From: Pseudovirgaria hyperparasitica
Lineage: Eukaryota
Reading direction: 5' to 3' (one strand)
Assembly: GCA_010093815.1 (NCBI GenBank)
Contig: ML996572.1
Length of the DNA stretch: 64,000 nucleotides
Shown here: positions 1 to 12,700 of the stretch, in pieces
Layout: every line of letters starts with the position of its first letter
Numbering within the stretch: the stretch's first letter is position 1
The notes under the pieces: model-generated
Told to the model about the DNA's origin: nothing
The model's database searches: none
The model's input: only the letters and a program-made list of their open reading frames with translations
Program-made: the position numbers and the translations under genes

Positions 1-3000
1 TTAGCTCGCCCTTAATAACCGTACCTCGTTAGTAACCGGCATGGCGCTAAACTTACTTCTAAACGGATACCACGTCAAACTATTACTATAGTAGCTACTC
101 TCTAATACCTCTACGACCTCGGCGAAAGATCAGGCTATGAATTTCCTTAAACACCTTTAAAATAGCACTACCTTAGCTTAAGTAGCTATTACCTAGGCCG
201 AGTAGCGCTCCTAAGACTCGGTAAACTAGTTACGACGCCCGGCCGAGCGTTTTAAGGTCGGCGATATAGTATAGTTCTCCCTCCGGAATATAAAGACTAA
301 CCGCCCGAGCTAGAAGCTCGACTAGCTATAGGTAAAATACCGGGTTATAGCCTAACCCACCTCCTTAATAGTAACCCTCGACCTCCCCGGAGACCTTTAT
401 AAAATAGTCTATATAAGCCTTATCGAGCGCGCCGTAGAGGACCCCCTACCTAGCTAAGAGCGGCTTAATACCCGCCCGGGCCTAGCGCTTAAGCTTAATA
501 AAGTAGACGAGGACGTCGCGGAGTATAAGGTTAAGAACATCCTATATATAAAAAATATATAGAGGCGGAATAAGCGATAGGTGCTCGTAAAGTAGAAAGG
601 GTAGTTATAACTAATATAGGTCCTACTTAAGGACGTAGAAGATACTAAGGCGCTAGACTAGTTCGAGTCTAGATATGGCGACGCTCGATTATATAATAGC
701 CTATAACTCTAACGCATCCCTAAGTAGTAATATTACTCTACTATTATAGGCCTACGGCGGCCCTAATAACCTAATATAAGAGTAGAGATTTTAGGAAAGA
801 AAGAAATAAACGCCGAACGCTAGTACCTAGTATAACCTAATAATAAACCAACACCCGCCTTAAGACATGAAAAGGTTATTTACCTAGCTCTACCCTAGGT
901 TTACACGGCGCTAGGGCCGGTACCGTTCTTATCTATAAATCCTAATATAAGGTTAGTTACCTAGTCCTCCCCTAGGCCGTCTCCTAATAATAGTAGCGGC
1001 TATTAATCTAGGCGGGTAGCGAGGGTAAGTCGTACTCGTCTACGGGAGGGTTATAGCGGGGGTAGGCCGGCGACCGATAGCGGCGTAACGCTTAACGATC
1101 CTCACGGGAATAGTGCCGACGGCTACCTAAGCGATAGCGATAGTCGTGCGACTAGTCCTAATAGTTATATAACCGGTTACGATAGCGGGGAGACTAATCA
1201 CGGCGGGCGGGGGACCGGCTACGACGCTTATAGAACTAGGAGCGGTCACGGTAGTAAGGAGGGGTCCGGGACTAATAATAAGGCGGCGAGGACTTATAAG
1301 GAGGGGTGGTAATAGGGAGCTAGGGGGGCCTAATAGGGCGATAGCGAGAGCTCCGAGTCGGCGACTCCCTATAGCCTATGGGCTAGGGTCGGCGCGAGCG
1401 GCTACTATCTAATAAGGGCTCCTTATCCTCTATAACTACCTAAGTAATAAGGCGGCGAGATAGTAGCTCCGCTAGGCGGGCCAACCCGGATACGACTTAC
1501 TATATAGTACCCTACATCACGCGTTAGAATAGGTATTTAGACTTATAAAGCTTATATACCTATAAGGTACCGATACTAGTACGTAGCTTATCTATCTAGG
1601 CCTCGTTATAGGATACGTACTAATTTATCTAGTAAATCACGCTACTAATCTAGCCACGGTTACTACTACCGCGATACGGCGGCTTAAATAATATTATAGC
1701 GCCATGATAAGGCGTTATAGAAGCCTAACTAACGATACTAGCGTTATATCACGCGACGTAGATAATCTCTAAGTTAGACTTATAGTCCTCGTATAGGCGG
1801 TAGAACTTAGAGTTTATACGCGGCCACTTACTAGATAAAGGCTTTATCGGGTCTAGGCCGCGACTACTATAATCCGTTATATGGCTAAAGTTATTATTAA
1901 CCGACTTATGCATAAACTTTTTAAGACGACTCTACGCCTTATATAAGGCCGGATACATGGCGAGCTCCTTAGTATCCTATAAGTAGGTCCCCTTCGATAT
2001 ATAGTACTTTATATAGTTAGTACCGCGGCTAGGCTTATAGCTACGCTCTAAGATTAGTAGGCGCCGCCATAGCGTAGAGACGGCATATACCTAAGCACCC
2101 TAGTTTTCTCTAGGGCCTTTATATATATACGATATACGAAGTATACGGACTCGGTACACTCGTCTTCTAACGAGTTACCCTCTATAATATATAGCCCTAT
2201 ACGGCGAATAGGCTTAGCCTATCAGGGTATGGTAGGAGGAATAGTCTATCTAGTTAGTATAAGGAACGGCGTAGAGACAGGACCCACTCACGGTACGATC
2301 GGCTAGTTCCTAGCGCCTAGGCGCGCGACGATCGTTAGGGTCTTAACCTCCAGCACCTATAGCTACCGCCGAGACGGCGCCGGTTTCTATAATAGAACTA
2401 TTTAGGCCTAGAGCGCTTATAATAATAGTATAGAAGCTGCGAGGTGGTATATAAGTTTACTAATATTATAGTAGCTACTACGCGGTATTAAGATAGTAGG
2501 TATAAGGGTAGTTAAGGAAGAAGAAAGTCGCTAGGCGTGGGACCCATATACTTGCGTTAGGGAAAATCGTATAGGCCGGGGTAGAGCCGGTTCTAAAATG
2601 GACGATAATAATAATAAACGCGGGTCGTGCGTAAGCTACCCTACTACTACTATATAACCCCTAGCCCGGCGAGTAGCCGGTCCTAAAATAGATAATAATA
2701 AAACGGGACACGCGGTTCGTGCGTAGGCTACCCTACCTTCATATAACCTAACGCGGCACGCCGTGGTATAAGGAGCCTACCTCCGCTATATAACCGCTAC
2801 GACGTAACTATAGAATTCTACTACCTTATAATTATATAACCTACGACGCCATAATATAAGGAACTAACCTCCGCCACGTAACCGCTAGAACGCTACTATA
2901 AAAAGCTACTACCTTACTAGAAGGAATATATAGCCCTACGGTTATTATATAGTACGATATAAAGACCGTAAACCCAAGACCTAACCGAGCCGGTTATTAT

Positions 3001-3252
3001 TATATAAAATACTAAGCCGGTCCCTAGGACGATCCTAGAGAACAAGGGTATGTTATAGACTTCGGCTTTACCTTATCTCTAGTATTATATAATAGAGCCG
3101 GGACGGATAGAGACTAGTATAGGGGTATCACGTGACCTCGCTTAAGACTATACTTAAAGCTATAACCATACGGCTTATCCCTATTCTCTCTAAGTTAAAT
3201 TATAATATATCTTGGTTACCATTGTAGTAACACCTTAGTTATATCCATTACA
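1..3252 (+). mobile_element. RIP-degraded Ty3/Gypsy chromovirus 'C', 3' half (integrase C-terminus, chromodomain, long 3' region, PPT, 3' LTR)
   Basis: Degenerate translation gives integrase-like ALNNRTSLVTGMA (~8-50) and chromodomain-like EYKVKNIL...VLVK*KG...LKDVEDTKALD (~520-680). Purine tract GAGAACAAGGG precedes TGTTA at 3051. Many TAA/TAG stops and TpA excess. Confidence 0.8.
3051..3252 (+). repeat. 3' LTR of element C
   Basis: Starts TGTTA just after a purine tract and ends TTACA. Sequence switches to element A at 3253. The partner LTR would lie outside the window. Confidence 0.65.
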
Positions 3253-6200
3253 CGATATTAGAATTCCTAGAAAAGGTTCTAGTAAAAAGGCTAAGGTTCC
3301 TTCCTCGCGCGTGCTAAAGAGCTATAAATTTAGGGAAGATAGCTCTAATCTAGAAGTTTCTATACTAAAGGTATATGGTTCTATACCGATTATTAAATCT
3401 TTTCGCTAATTTATATAATTCTTAGCGTACCCGCGCCAGTCCATCCCTCTCCATCCCGGGTCCCGCCGCTCTATAGGTTTCTATAGAGGAGTTTATAGCT
3501 ATAAGGCGCGCTATATAGAATTTATAGCGTTAGAATAAAAGGCTAGAGACTTATATTATAAAGCTCTATACTATGCTAAATAAGAACTAGTAGAAGGAAT
3601 TAGATATAACCATCGCGGTAATTAGTACTTCTACTCCTACTCCGACTTAATCGGTTTAGATCTATACTAATCGGTACTAATATATCTCTTTTATCTAGCG
3701 TTTTTGGTTTTTCGGTTTTAATTTTAAAGTGATCTTACTTCTTCTAGATAGATTAGTATAAGTTTATATAGATCTATATAGATCTTTATATTTTCTTTTA
3801 GCTTTCTTAATTTTATCTTTCTTTAATAATAACTTCTTTAATCTCTTTAGTAATCTATACCGATCTATACCAATCGGCACCGATTTCCGATGTCCATTTC
3901 TCTTAGTGAATTATTTTTCTAAGTCTCTTTTTTAGTTAAATTTTTTGAAGTTCTAAGTTTGAACTTTCTAAGGAAGTTCCTTAATTCCTTAGAATGTTTT
4001 AAAGATCTATGTCTCTTTTACCTTCTTCCTTTTAGGCGGCCGTCCTCGGCGCCGAACTATACTAAAAAACGTCGAATCACCGTACTTTAGCATAATTCTC
4101 CGCGATTCTACGGCTTCCTTTGCTAATCGCTACTTATATACTAACATCGCTACTTTACTAATGTTTATTATAGGTTCCTAAGTATCTTTGTTAGAATTAT
4201 ATCCTTTCTAACGAATTTTATATAGCCACGTGCCATCTTCAGCGCGTTACTAGCTAAGTATCTACTTAACTTCGTAGATATCTATACCTTCTTACGTAAC
4301 TACTTTATATAGTATCTATTCGGAACGATCCGGTAATAATAAGGCATGAAATGGCTCGAGAAGCGTAATATAGAATATATTATATATCTTTAACGTAGGA
4401 GGGAGTTATAACTCGTACGCCTGGTTATTAATTACATAAGTAATCTTATATAGACCTATTATTATATAGTTAAGCTTCTTCTTTAGCCTAATACTACGAA
4501 TATTCTTACTATTTAGTAAAACTTTATCCCTAACATTAAAGATCATAGGTTTTCTACCCTTATTATAGTACGATTTACTATAATTCATAGTATCTTATAG
4601 TAACTTTATAACGCTTCTTTACGTTTAGAATAGTTCTATAGTAATTTCTATTACTTTAATATTAGGTCGTTCTACTTTAAACTAAGTCCCTAAGAACTAC
4701 GCATTATGGTTCCGACCGAAGTTTACTTCGAACGGACTTACGTGGGTTAACGTATATCGGCTGTTATTATACGCGAATTCCGCGATATAGACTAACCTTA
4801 CCTAGTTATTCTACTTATAGTTATAATATACGCGTAAATACGCCTCGACTATCTAATTCTACCGCTCCGTCTACCTATCTATTTATAGATAGAACGTAGT
4901 ACTAAGTTTCCGCTTAATTCCTAGCGTATAGTAGAAATCCTTCTAAAATTTAGACGTTATCTACGGACCTCTATCTAAAACTATACTGTTTAGTATACTA
5001 TAGAGCCGGACTACGTCATGGAGTAGTATATCTATAAGATTCGGTACTTAGATCGTCTTCCTTATAGGGATATAGTATAATATCTTTATAAATCTATCTA
5101 GAACTACGAGTAAACTATTATAAATATACCTAGAATACTTACTTAGGGGTAGATCTATAATAAAATCTATTAATAATTCCTTCTATGCCTTCTTTAGTAT
5201 AGGTAATAGCCTTAATTCGCTATATGGTAAGTGTCTATATACTTTCGTATGCTGGTAAACGTTACACGTTTTTACGTAGTCTTTTATATATTTATAAAGA
5301 CCTAGCTAGTCGTACGTCCTTCGGATTAAATCGACCGTTCTTATAACGCCGAAGTGCTCTACTAACGTATAATCATGCTATTCCCTTAAAATATTAATTT
5401 ATAAGCCGCCTTCCGGCACGTAGAGTCGGCCTTAGAAGTAGATCGCGTCCGATCGTCGTTCCTACCTTAATAACTATAGCGGATCTATAGCGCTTCCTTT
5501 TATGCTTATAACTTTCTTTACTAATATATTGGAATTCTAGGTAGATTTAATTAAGTCTTTAAGGGTTTTCTTAGTTTCTTAGACGTTTATTTAGATTACT
5601 TAATACCCGCTCTAATTCCCACAGAGAATCACCGAAAGTGTCCTAGCTTCTAGCATTCTATTAGATAACTAGTCTTATAGTATCTAAAGTATAGTATAGT
5701 CTAACTTATACCGACTATCTACGTTATTCTATAACGATTTCTTATAATCTTCACGCCGCGATAGAGAATTAGCTTTATTCTCTCTTCTAGCTTTATATAA
5801 GATTTTAAAGTTAAATATTAATATCTACTTAGCCTAACATACTTATCGGCGATTAAGGACCTTGGTTAATATAAAGTAACGTAGATTTACGTAATCTAAT
5901 AATAATTCGATCTAATGTGCGGAGCCTTCTAAATAATATTACTATTACTTAAAACTCTTAATAATTATAAGTAGTTCCTAGTCGTGCGTGTTATAACGCG
6001 TCTCTATATCCGCCATTTTACGGGAAAAGAAAGCGACCGGGTACTATTACACCTTATCTTTCGCATCTTTATATAGTTAACTAATAATTCTAGTAATTAC
6101 GAATTCTAACGCGTTAGTTTTAACCTAAATATACTTCTTAGGATCGAAATACCTAAGAATTAGCGTAGTTATAAAGTAATTCTTTAATAATCGGAACGCA

Positions 6201-9200
6201 TCTCGCGCTTCCGGCGTTAACTATATCTCGACCGACTTAGCTTTACGCTATACTCGCCTACCTATAGGGATTTTACCGCTATTCTCTATAAGTTTATTAA
6301 GCGGCGCCGTAATTCGTAAGAAGCCTATAATGAATTTACGATAATAGTTTACGAAACCTATAAATATTCTAATTTAACGTATAGTAGTAGGTTCTAGCCA
6401 TTCTATAATAGTCTTTATACGCTCCGGCTCCATTTTTAGGCCGCTATATATTATAATAAAGCCGAGAAACCTAACTTCTTATTAGTGAAACTCGCATTTA
6501 GATAATTTTACATAGAGTTTATACTACCTTAGATGATTTAGCACCGATTTCACGTGTTCTTTATAATTCTATATGCTATCGGAGTAAATTAGTATATTAT
6601 TAAGATAAACTACGTAAATCACGTTAAGTAATTCTACGAGTATAGTGTTAATATATCCTTAAAACGCTCCTAGCGCATTTATTAGCCCGAATAGCATAAT
6701 AGTATACTTAAAATAACTATATCTAGTCCGAAATACGGTTTTCTACTTATCTCCGTAATGAATTCGAAGCCGGGAATATATATCTCGTAAATCTAGCTTC
6801 GTAAAGTACTTTACCTTCGTTAATTAGTCTAAAGATTCACTAACTAGCGGTAATGGGTGACGATTCTTCTTAGTTACCGTATTTAGTACCTAATAGTCGA
6901 TGTATAGACGTAAACTTCCATCTTTCTTCTTTATAAAGAGAATAGATACGCTAGCCGATAACGTACTACGACGTATCCAGCCTCTTTCGAGATATTCTTT
7001 AATATATTTATAAAGAACTTCGAGTTCTAGTCTCGAAAGTAGGTAAAGTAGACTATAAGGGACGTCTACTCCCTCTTCGAGCTCGATCTTTAGCTTATAC
7101 GGCCTGTGATTAGGGAGAAGTAACGTATCTCCTACCGAAAATATATCCGTATACTATAAATATACGTCAGGTAGCGTGTCTTTACCCTAATTATTACTAT
7201 TATCTTTGTCTTTATCGACGATTAATAAGGATATAAGATAGATTAGCGACGATTAGGTCCGCACGGCGAGATTCCATGCCTCCTTACTAATAGTTACGAC
7301 TTACTAGTATAATTTACCACGGTATTATTGGAACGTTAATATCTCCTTCTAAAAATTAAGAATAGGGTTTAGACGTCTAAGCTAAGGCATCCCTAGAATC
7401 ATATTCTATTAGCTAATATTAGCCACGATAAATTCATTAGACATCTACTATTTTATTATCTTCGAGTTATGAACTTCGTAATTTATTATAGCTTTACCTA
7501 AAGTTCTAACTTTATATCTATTAACTACGATAGTTCGGCTAACTTTACTAAGATCGTACGATAATCTATACTCCTTTATAAGAATTAACGAAATATAGTT
7601 ATCTTCTATACTAGTATCTACGAGGGCCTATATAGTTTTATTACTATTTACTATAGGTAACGATACTTTTAGTAATATTAGGTCTTTACTCGCCGGAAGG
7701 CGCTACGGCTCCTTCTAAGTATATATAATTTAGCTAAGGACGCGGTTAGGTCTCGTATACTAGCCTATTCTTTTTTCGGATTCTTATAGTTAGGCGAAAT
7801 ATATTCTATTTCTCTATACTTATAGTAACGAAGTGCGCTATAATCCTACTATTTTATAATAGGTGTTATATTTAAGCCTATACCTTATTCTTTTCCGTGT
7901 TAAGAAGCACCGCCTCGATTATTTTAGTATCCTCTTAACGCATTTCTACCCCGATTTACGCTCTTCTAGTACTAATCGTAGTAAGGTTACTCTTAATCGA
8001 ACGTATTCGATCGACCTCGTTTCTAACCCGTATAGGGTTCGTTGGTTTTACCTAGAGAGCCGCGTTTCTTAAGGATACGGTAGTGTTTATTAGCTTTCTC
8101 CTCTAATTCGTATAGATAGTTAAAACTTAATAATACTATTCCTAGTCTTTTATGGATTGACGGAAGTAGTACTTCGCGAAACTAGAATATATGAATATTT
8201 TCCTATAGTATAGGGATATTATCCTATAGGTTTTAGAGGTATTATAGTAGTTAAGTAGGTGTCTAGTTCGGTCGTTATACCACACTTCTTAACTTAGATA
8301 GTACCTTTCTTTCACGTTCTCTATCCATTCCGAGGGTGTTTAGTATAAATATAGCTAAATATTCCTAGGTTATCGTAGATAGTAGCTATACTTCCTTCTA
8401 TCTATCCTATTAATCGCGGGATTATAAGCCTAGGTATCGTTCTCTAAACGAAATGTGTTATACTTTAGTAGAAAAGAGTAGAGGGTTATCGAGGAAGTAC
8501 TTTTCGTAGTCTCTCTTCTAGTCTTTCTACTCCTTTTAGTTCTTCCCTATAAATATAGTCGGGTCTTTAGGTTTCGGTATACCTAGGGAAGGAGTAGGGT
8601 AAATCGATAATAAAGCGGCTAGGTATACGGTAGATTGTCGTAACTCTAATAGTAGGTAAACTAATTCCGCCTAAATTAGTATAGGAAGTCGTCCACCTAC
8701 TATCGTTCGGCGTAGTTCTTTAAGAGACTCCTTAAGTTCTCGTCTCTTTATAAGGAGTTTCGCGCGTTCTACCTATTCTTTAAGAGTTTAAATCTCTCGA
8801 GCCTAATTCGCGACGTATTCCTAAAGTTTAGCGATAGTTTATTATAATACCTCGCGTGGCTCCGCCACGACTCGTTATCCGGCTTTATGTTATTAGAAGT
8901 TACTCGGCGTATCTACTATTTCTTCATCTAAAAGCTCCGTGATTCGGTCTAACATTTCTACTTCTCGGTTAGAAACGGCCGGGATTAATACCGATTATAG
9001 AGGATCCCTATTATTGAATATAGTATTACTTATCCCTATAGTAGATCGTGTCGACCTTCTCGGTTCTAGTTAGACTATCTTAACTATAGTACTATATAGG
9101 GAGTAATTCGAATATAAGAATAGAGTTATTAGATAGTAGTATAGTTAGATAGAATAATAGGGTGTATTCTATCATAGAACGAATTACTACCAAACCCTTT

Positions 9201-9340
9201 TAGTAGAAATCTAAGAGTATATATATAAAGGGACGCCGATCTATCTAGCACGTAACTATTTACCGCCCTTCACGTTACCTTCTAACCCTGTTAGCTAAGG
9301 TACGTATAGATCGGGTCCTATCTAAGGCTAAGTCCTAACA
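3253..9340 (-). mobile_element. RIP-degraded Ty3/Gypsy chromovirus 'A' (5' LTR, gag, PR, RT, RNase H, integrase, chromodomain); 3' end interrupted by element C
   Basis: Minus strand shows gag with zinc-knuckle remnant (~7780-7830), RT motifs LFIKKKDGSLRL (~6900-6945) and VYLNNI from YLDD (~6594-6610), RNase H PVAFFSRKM (~6015-6045), integrase (~4600-5400) and chromodomain (~4130-4290). 5' end TGTTAGG at 9340. Confidence 0.9.
9085..9340 (-). repeat. 5' LTR of element A
   Basis: Outer end TGTTAGGAC (minus) at 9340 coincides with the junction back into element B sequence. The inner boundary is an estimate from a RIP-ed CA just before the gag start. Confidence 0.55.
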
Positions 9341-9615
9341 TCGGTATACCATAGCTCGAAAAACATAACCCGAAACTAGACTTCATCTAGAAAACAGCTA
9401 GCTAGCACATATACCTACTATAATAGAACCTAGTATAGCTAGTCGACGACGAATAATTCTAGAAGGACTACGAAAAGGCAATCTCCGCTATCTATATCCT
9501 CTTACTTACTTAAAATAGAGAGCTTAGTATTAAAGTAGACGAAAACCTACTATATTAGTATAAAATATACTAATATATCGCGTTAGCGATCGATTCCTCT
9601 AAACTACCTTAATAC

Positions 9616-9755
9616 NNNNNNNNNNNNNNNNNNNNNNNNNNNNNNNNNNNNNNNNNNNNNNNNNNNNNNNNNNNNNNNNNNNNNNNNNNNNNNNNNNNNN
9701 NNNNNNNNNNNNNNNNNNNNNNNNNNNNNNNNNNNNNNNNNNNNNNNNNNNNNNN
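9616..9755. other. Assembly gap (140 N)
   Basis: Run of N inside B copy 1. Confidence 1.
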
Positions 9756-12700
9756 TAACCTCTATATAGACCTATCTACCCTCTTTTAGAACCTAAGTTA
9801 TAAGCCCTTCGAGAATATATCGAAAAGAACCTTATATAAGAATAGATTAGGCCTAGTATATCCCTAGCTAGAGCTCTAATTCTCTTTATAAAGAAGAAGG
9901 ATAGGAGTCTCCGTCTATATATTAACTACTATAGCCTAAATAATATTACGCGAAAGAATTATTACCTACTACCTCTTATCTCCGAGTCTATTAATAGACT
10001 AGGGCGCGTGAAGATCTTTACTAAGCTTAATCTACGCGACGCCTACTACCGCCTACGTATTAAGAAGGGCGATAAGTAGAAAACGGCGTTTAGGACCCGT
10101 TATAGATACTTTAAGTATATAGTAGTCCCTTTTAGACTAACTAACACGCTAGGAACCTTCTAAGTATATATTAATAACGCGCTAGTAGGTCTACTCGACA
10201 CGACGTGTATCGTATACCTTAATAATATCCTTATCTTCTCTAATAATAAAGAAGAATATATCTAGTATATACGCGTAGTCCTAGATAGGCTAGAAAAATA
10301 TAAGCTATATATTAAGCTATCTAAATACGAGTTCCACTAGGACCACGTTAACTTCCTTAGCTTCGTTATTACTAATTAAGGTATAACTATAGAAAGGGAT
10401 AGGGTCGCTACTATTATAGACTAGCCTAAACTAAAATCGGTTCGAGACATACGTGTCTTTATTAGATTTACTAATTACTACTAAAAATTCGTTAAGTATT
10501 TCTCCCGGCTAGTAGCACCGCTTAACACGTATATTACTACTATAGATTCGTCTATTACGGTCCGCGGTAGATAGAAATAGTATAATATTAAATTATAGCC
10601 TATAGAATTATTAGAAGGTAAAAGGGCCTCCTTCGAGAAAATCAAAGAGGCATTTATAACTACTCTATTACTAATATACTTTGACCTAACTAAACCTATC
10701 CGCGTTAAAACCGACGCGTTAGAATTTATAATCTTAGGCATTCTCTTCTAGCCTAGACTAACTAAGTCTAAAAAGGTCTAATAGTATCTAGTTACGTTCT
10801 TCTCACGTAAAATAGTCGATATTAAGACTAGATATACTATCTATAACTAAGAGCTACTAGTAATAGTAGAGTCGTTTAAATAGTAGCAATATTATCTTAA
10901 AGGTAACATGTATAATATTAAGTTACTAACTAATTACTATAACTTAAAGGGGTTTATAAGTATAACGGTTTTAAACTATTAATAGGTCTAATAGACTAAG
11001 TAGCTTACGAACTTTTACTTTATAATCTACTATTAACCTAGAAGTATAAACCTAGCTAATAGAATGTTAAGAAGACCTAACTATAAAGAAGGCGCCTAGG
11101 ATTATAGTAGCTATAGGGTCCTAGAGTAGCTATAGGCCTAACTCTTAAGGATAAGGTTAGATTTTAAGTTATTAGGCGATTAGCGAGATACTAACATTAA
11201 TACTAGTAATCGAATCTCTAAGACCGAAGCCGGTAACTAAAGACGCAGTACCGAAGTCTCTAGTAGGCCGTTTATTAGCGCTATTAGAAAGGGCGATAAT
11301 ACCTAGCGTAAATATCTAATTAACCTCGCCTAGTTAATTATAGATCTATAGAAGATAGACCCGATAGTTTTAAAGTTACGTAAAATATAGTAAGATAGGT
11401 TATTATAGACTAAAGTAGACTATAAGTAGACCTTCGTAGACGGCTTACTTTACTATAATAGAAAGTACTATATACTAATAGGTAACACGCGATTTGATAT
11501 AGTTAGCTAATACTATAACGCTAACCTAGTAGAATACTTTAGGTATATATATACCCTAAGCTTAATTCGTTAGTACTATTTTTAGGAAGATATGCCTAAG
11601 TACGTCGAAGAATAGATAGCTACTTATCTAATTTATTAAAGAACGAAGGCCCCTAGGCATAAGCTATATAGGAATTTATAGCCTCTTTCAGCCCCCCTCT
11701 TTATATAGAAAGATATTATTATAGACTTTATAGTTAAATTACCTCTAAGCGAGATACTTAGGATAAGTTATAATTCTATTCTTATTATTATAGATAGACT
11801 TATAAAGATATCTAGGTATATCCCGGTGTAGAAGACGATTATATCTAAAGAACTAGCGTAGGTATTCTAGAACAAGATTATTAAGGTCTATAGTATACTA
11901 AAAAGGATCGTTATAGACCGAGAAAGTACCTTCACGTCTAAATTCTAGACGTTATTCTATAAAATAGTAAGTATAAATAGAAATATATCTATAGTATTTT
12001 ATCCTTAGACGGATAGCTAGATAGAGCGATAGAACTAGACGCTTAAGGCCTACCTACGCGCATTCTATAATTTCGAGTAGGACGACTAGGCCTCCCTACT
12101 AAGTATAGTAGAGTTCATATATAATAATAGTCGTTATAGCACGATAGATATTATACCTTTCTAGGCGAACCTCGGACGTAGTCTAAGGATAGGTTTTAAG
12201 CCTTAGACGGTCTAATTTAATCGAATAATAGACGTGAACGTCCACGCTTAGAAATTAGCAATTAAAATCTTCGAAACCATACATAACTATCGCGCTATAA
12301 TCTAATAAGTAAACGACTCGTATATAAAGTACTATAATAGATTAGCTAAGGATTAGACGTATAAGGAGGGCGACGAGGTCCTTCTTAATATCTATAATAT
12401 ACGAACATCGCGAGTAAATAAGAAGCTTAATTATAAAATAGCTAGTCCCTTCCGAATTAAATATTATATTAGTATAAGAGTCTACGAGCTCGACTTAGAA
12501 AGCGATATAAGAATCTATAACGTGTTCCATATCTTACTACTCGAAAGATTTCGATCTAATATATATGGCCGCATGAACGTGTAGTTATACTCTATTATAC
12601 CCTAAGATGGACTAGACGTGTTCGAAGTAGACTATATTATTAAACATAGGATTAATAAAGACGGCGTTTAGAAATATAGAATCCATTAGAAGGACTATAC

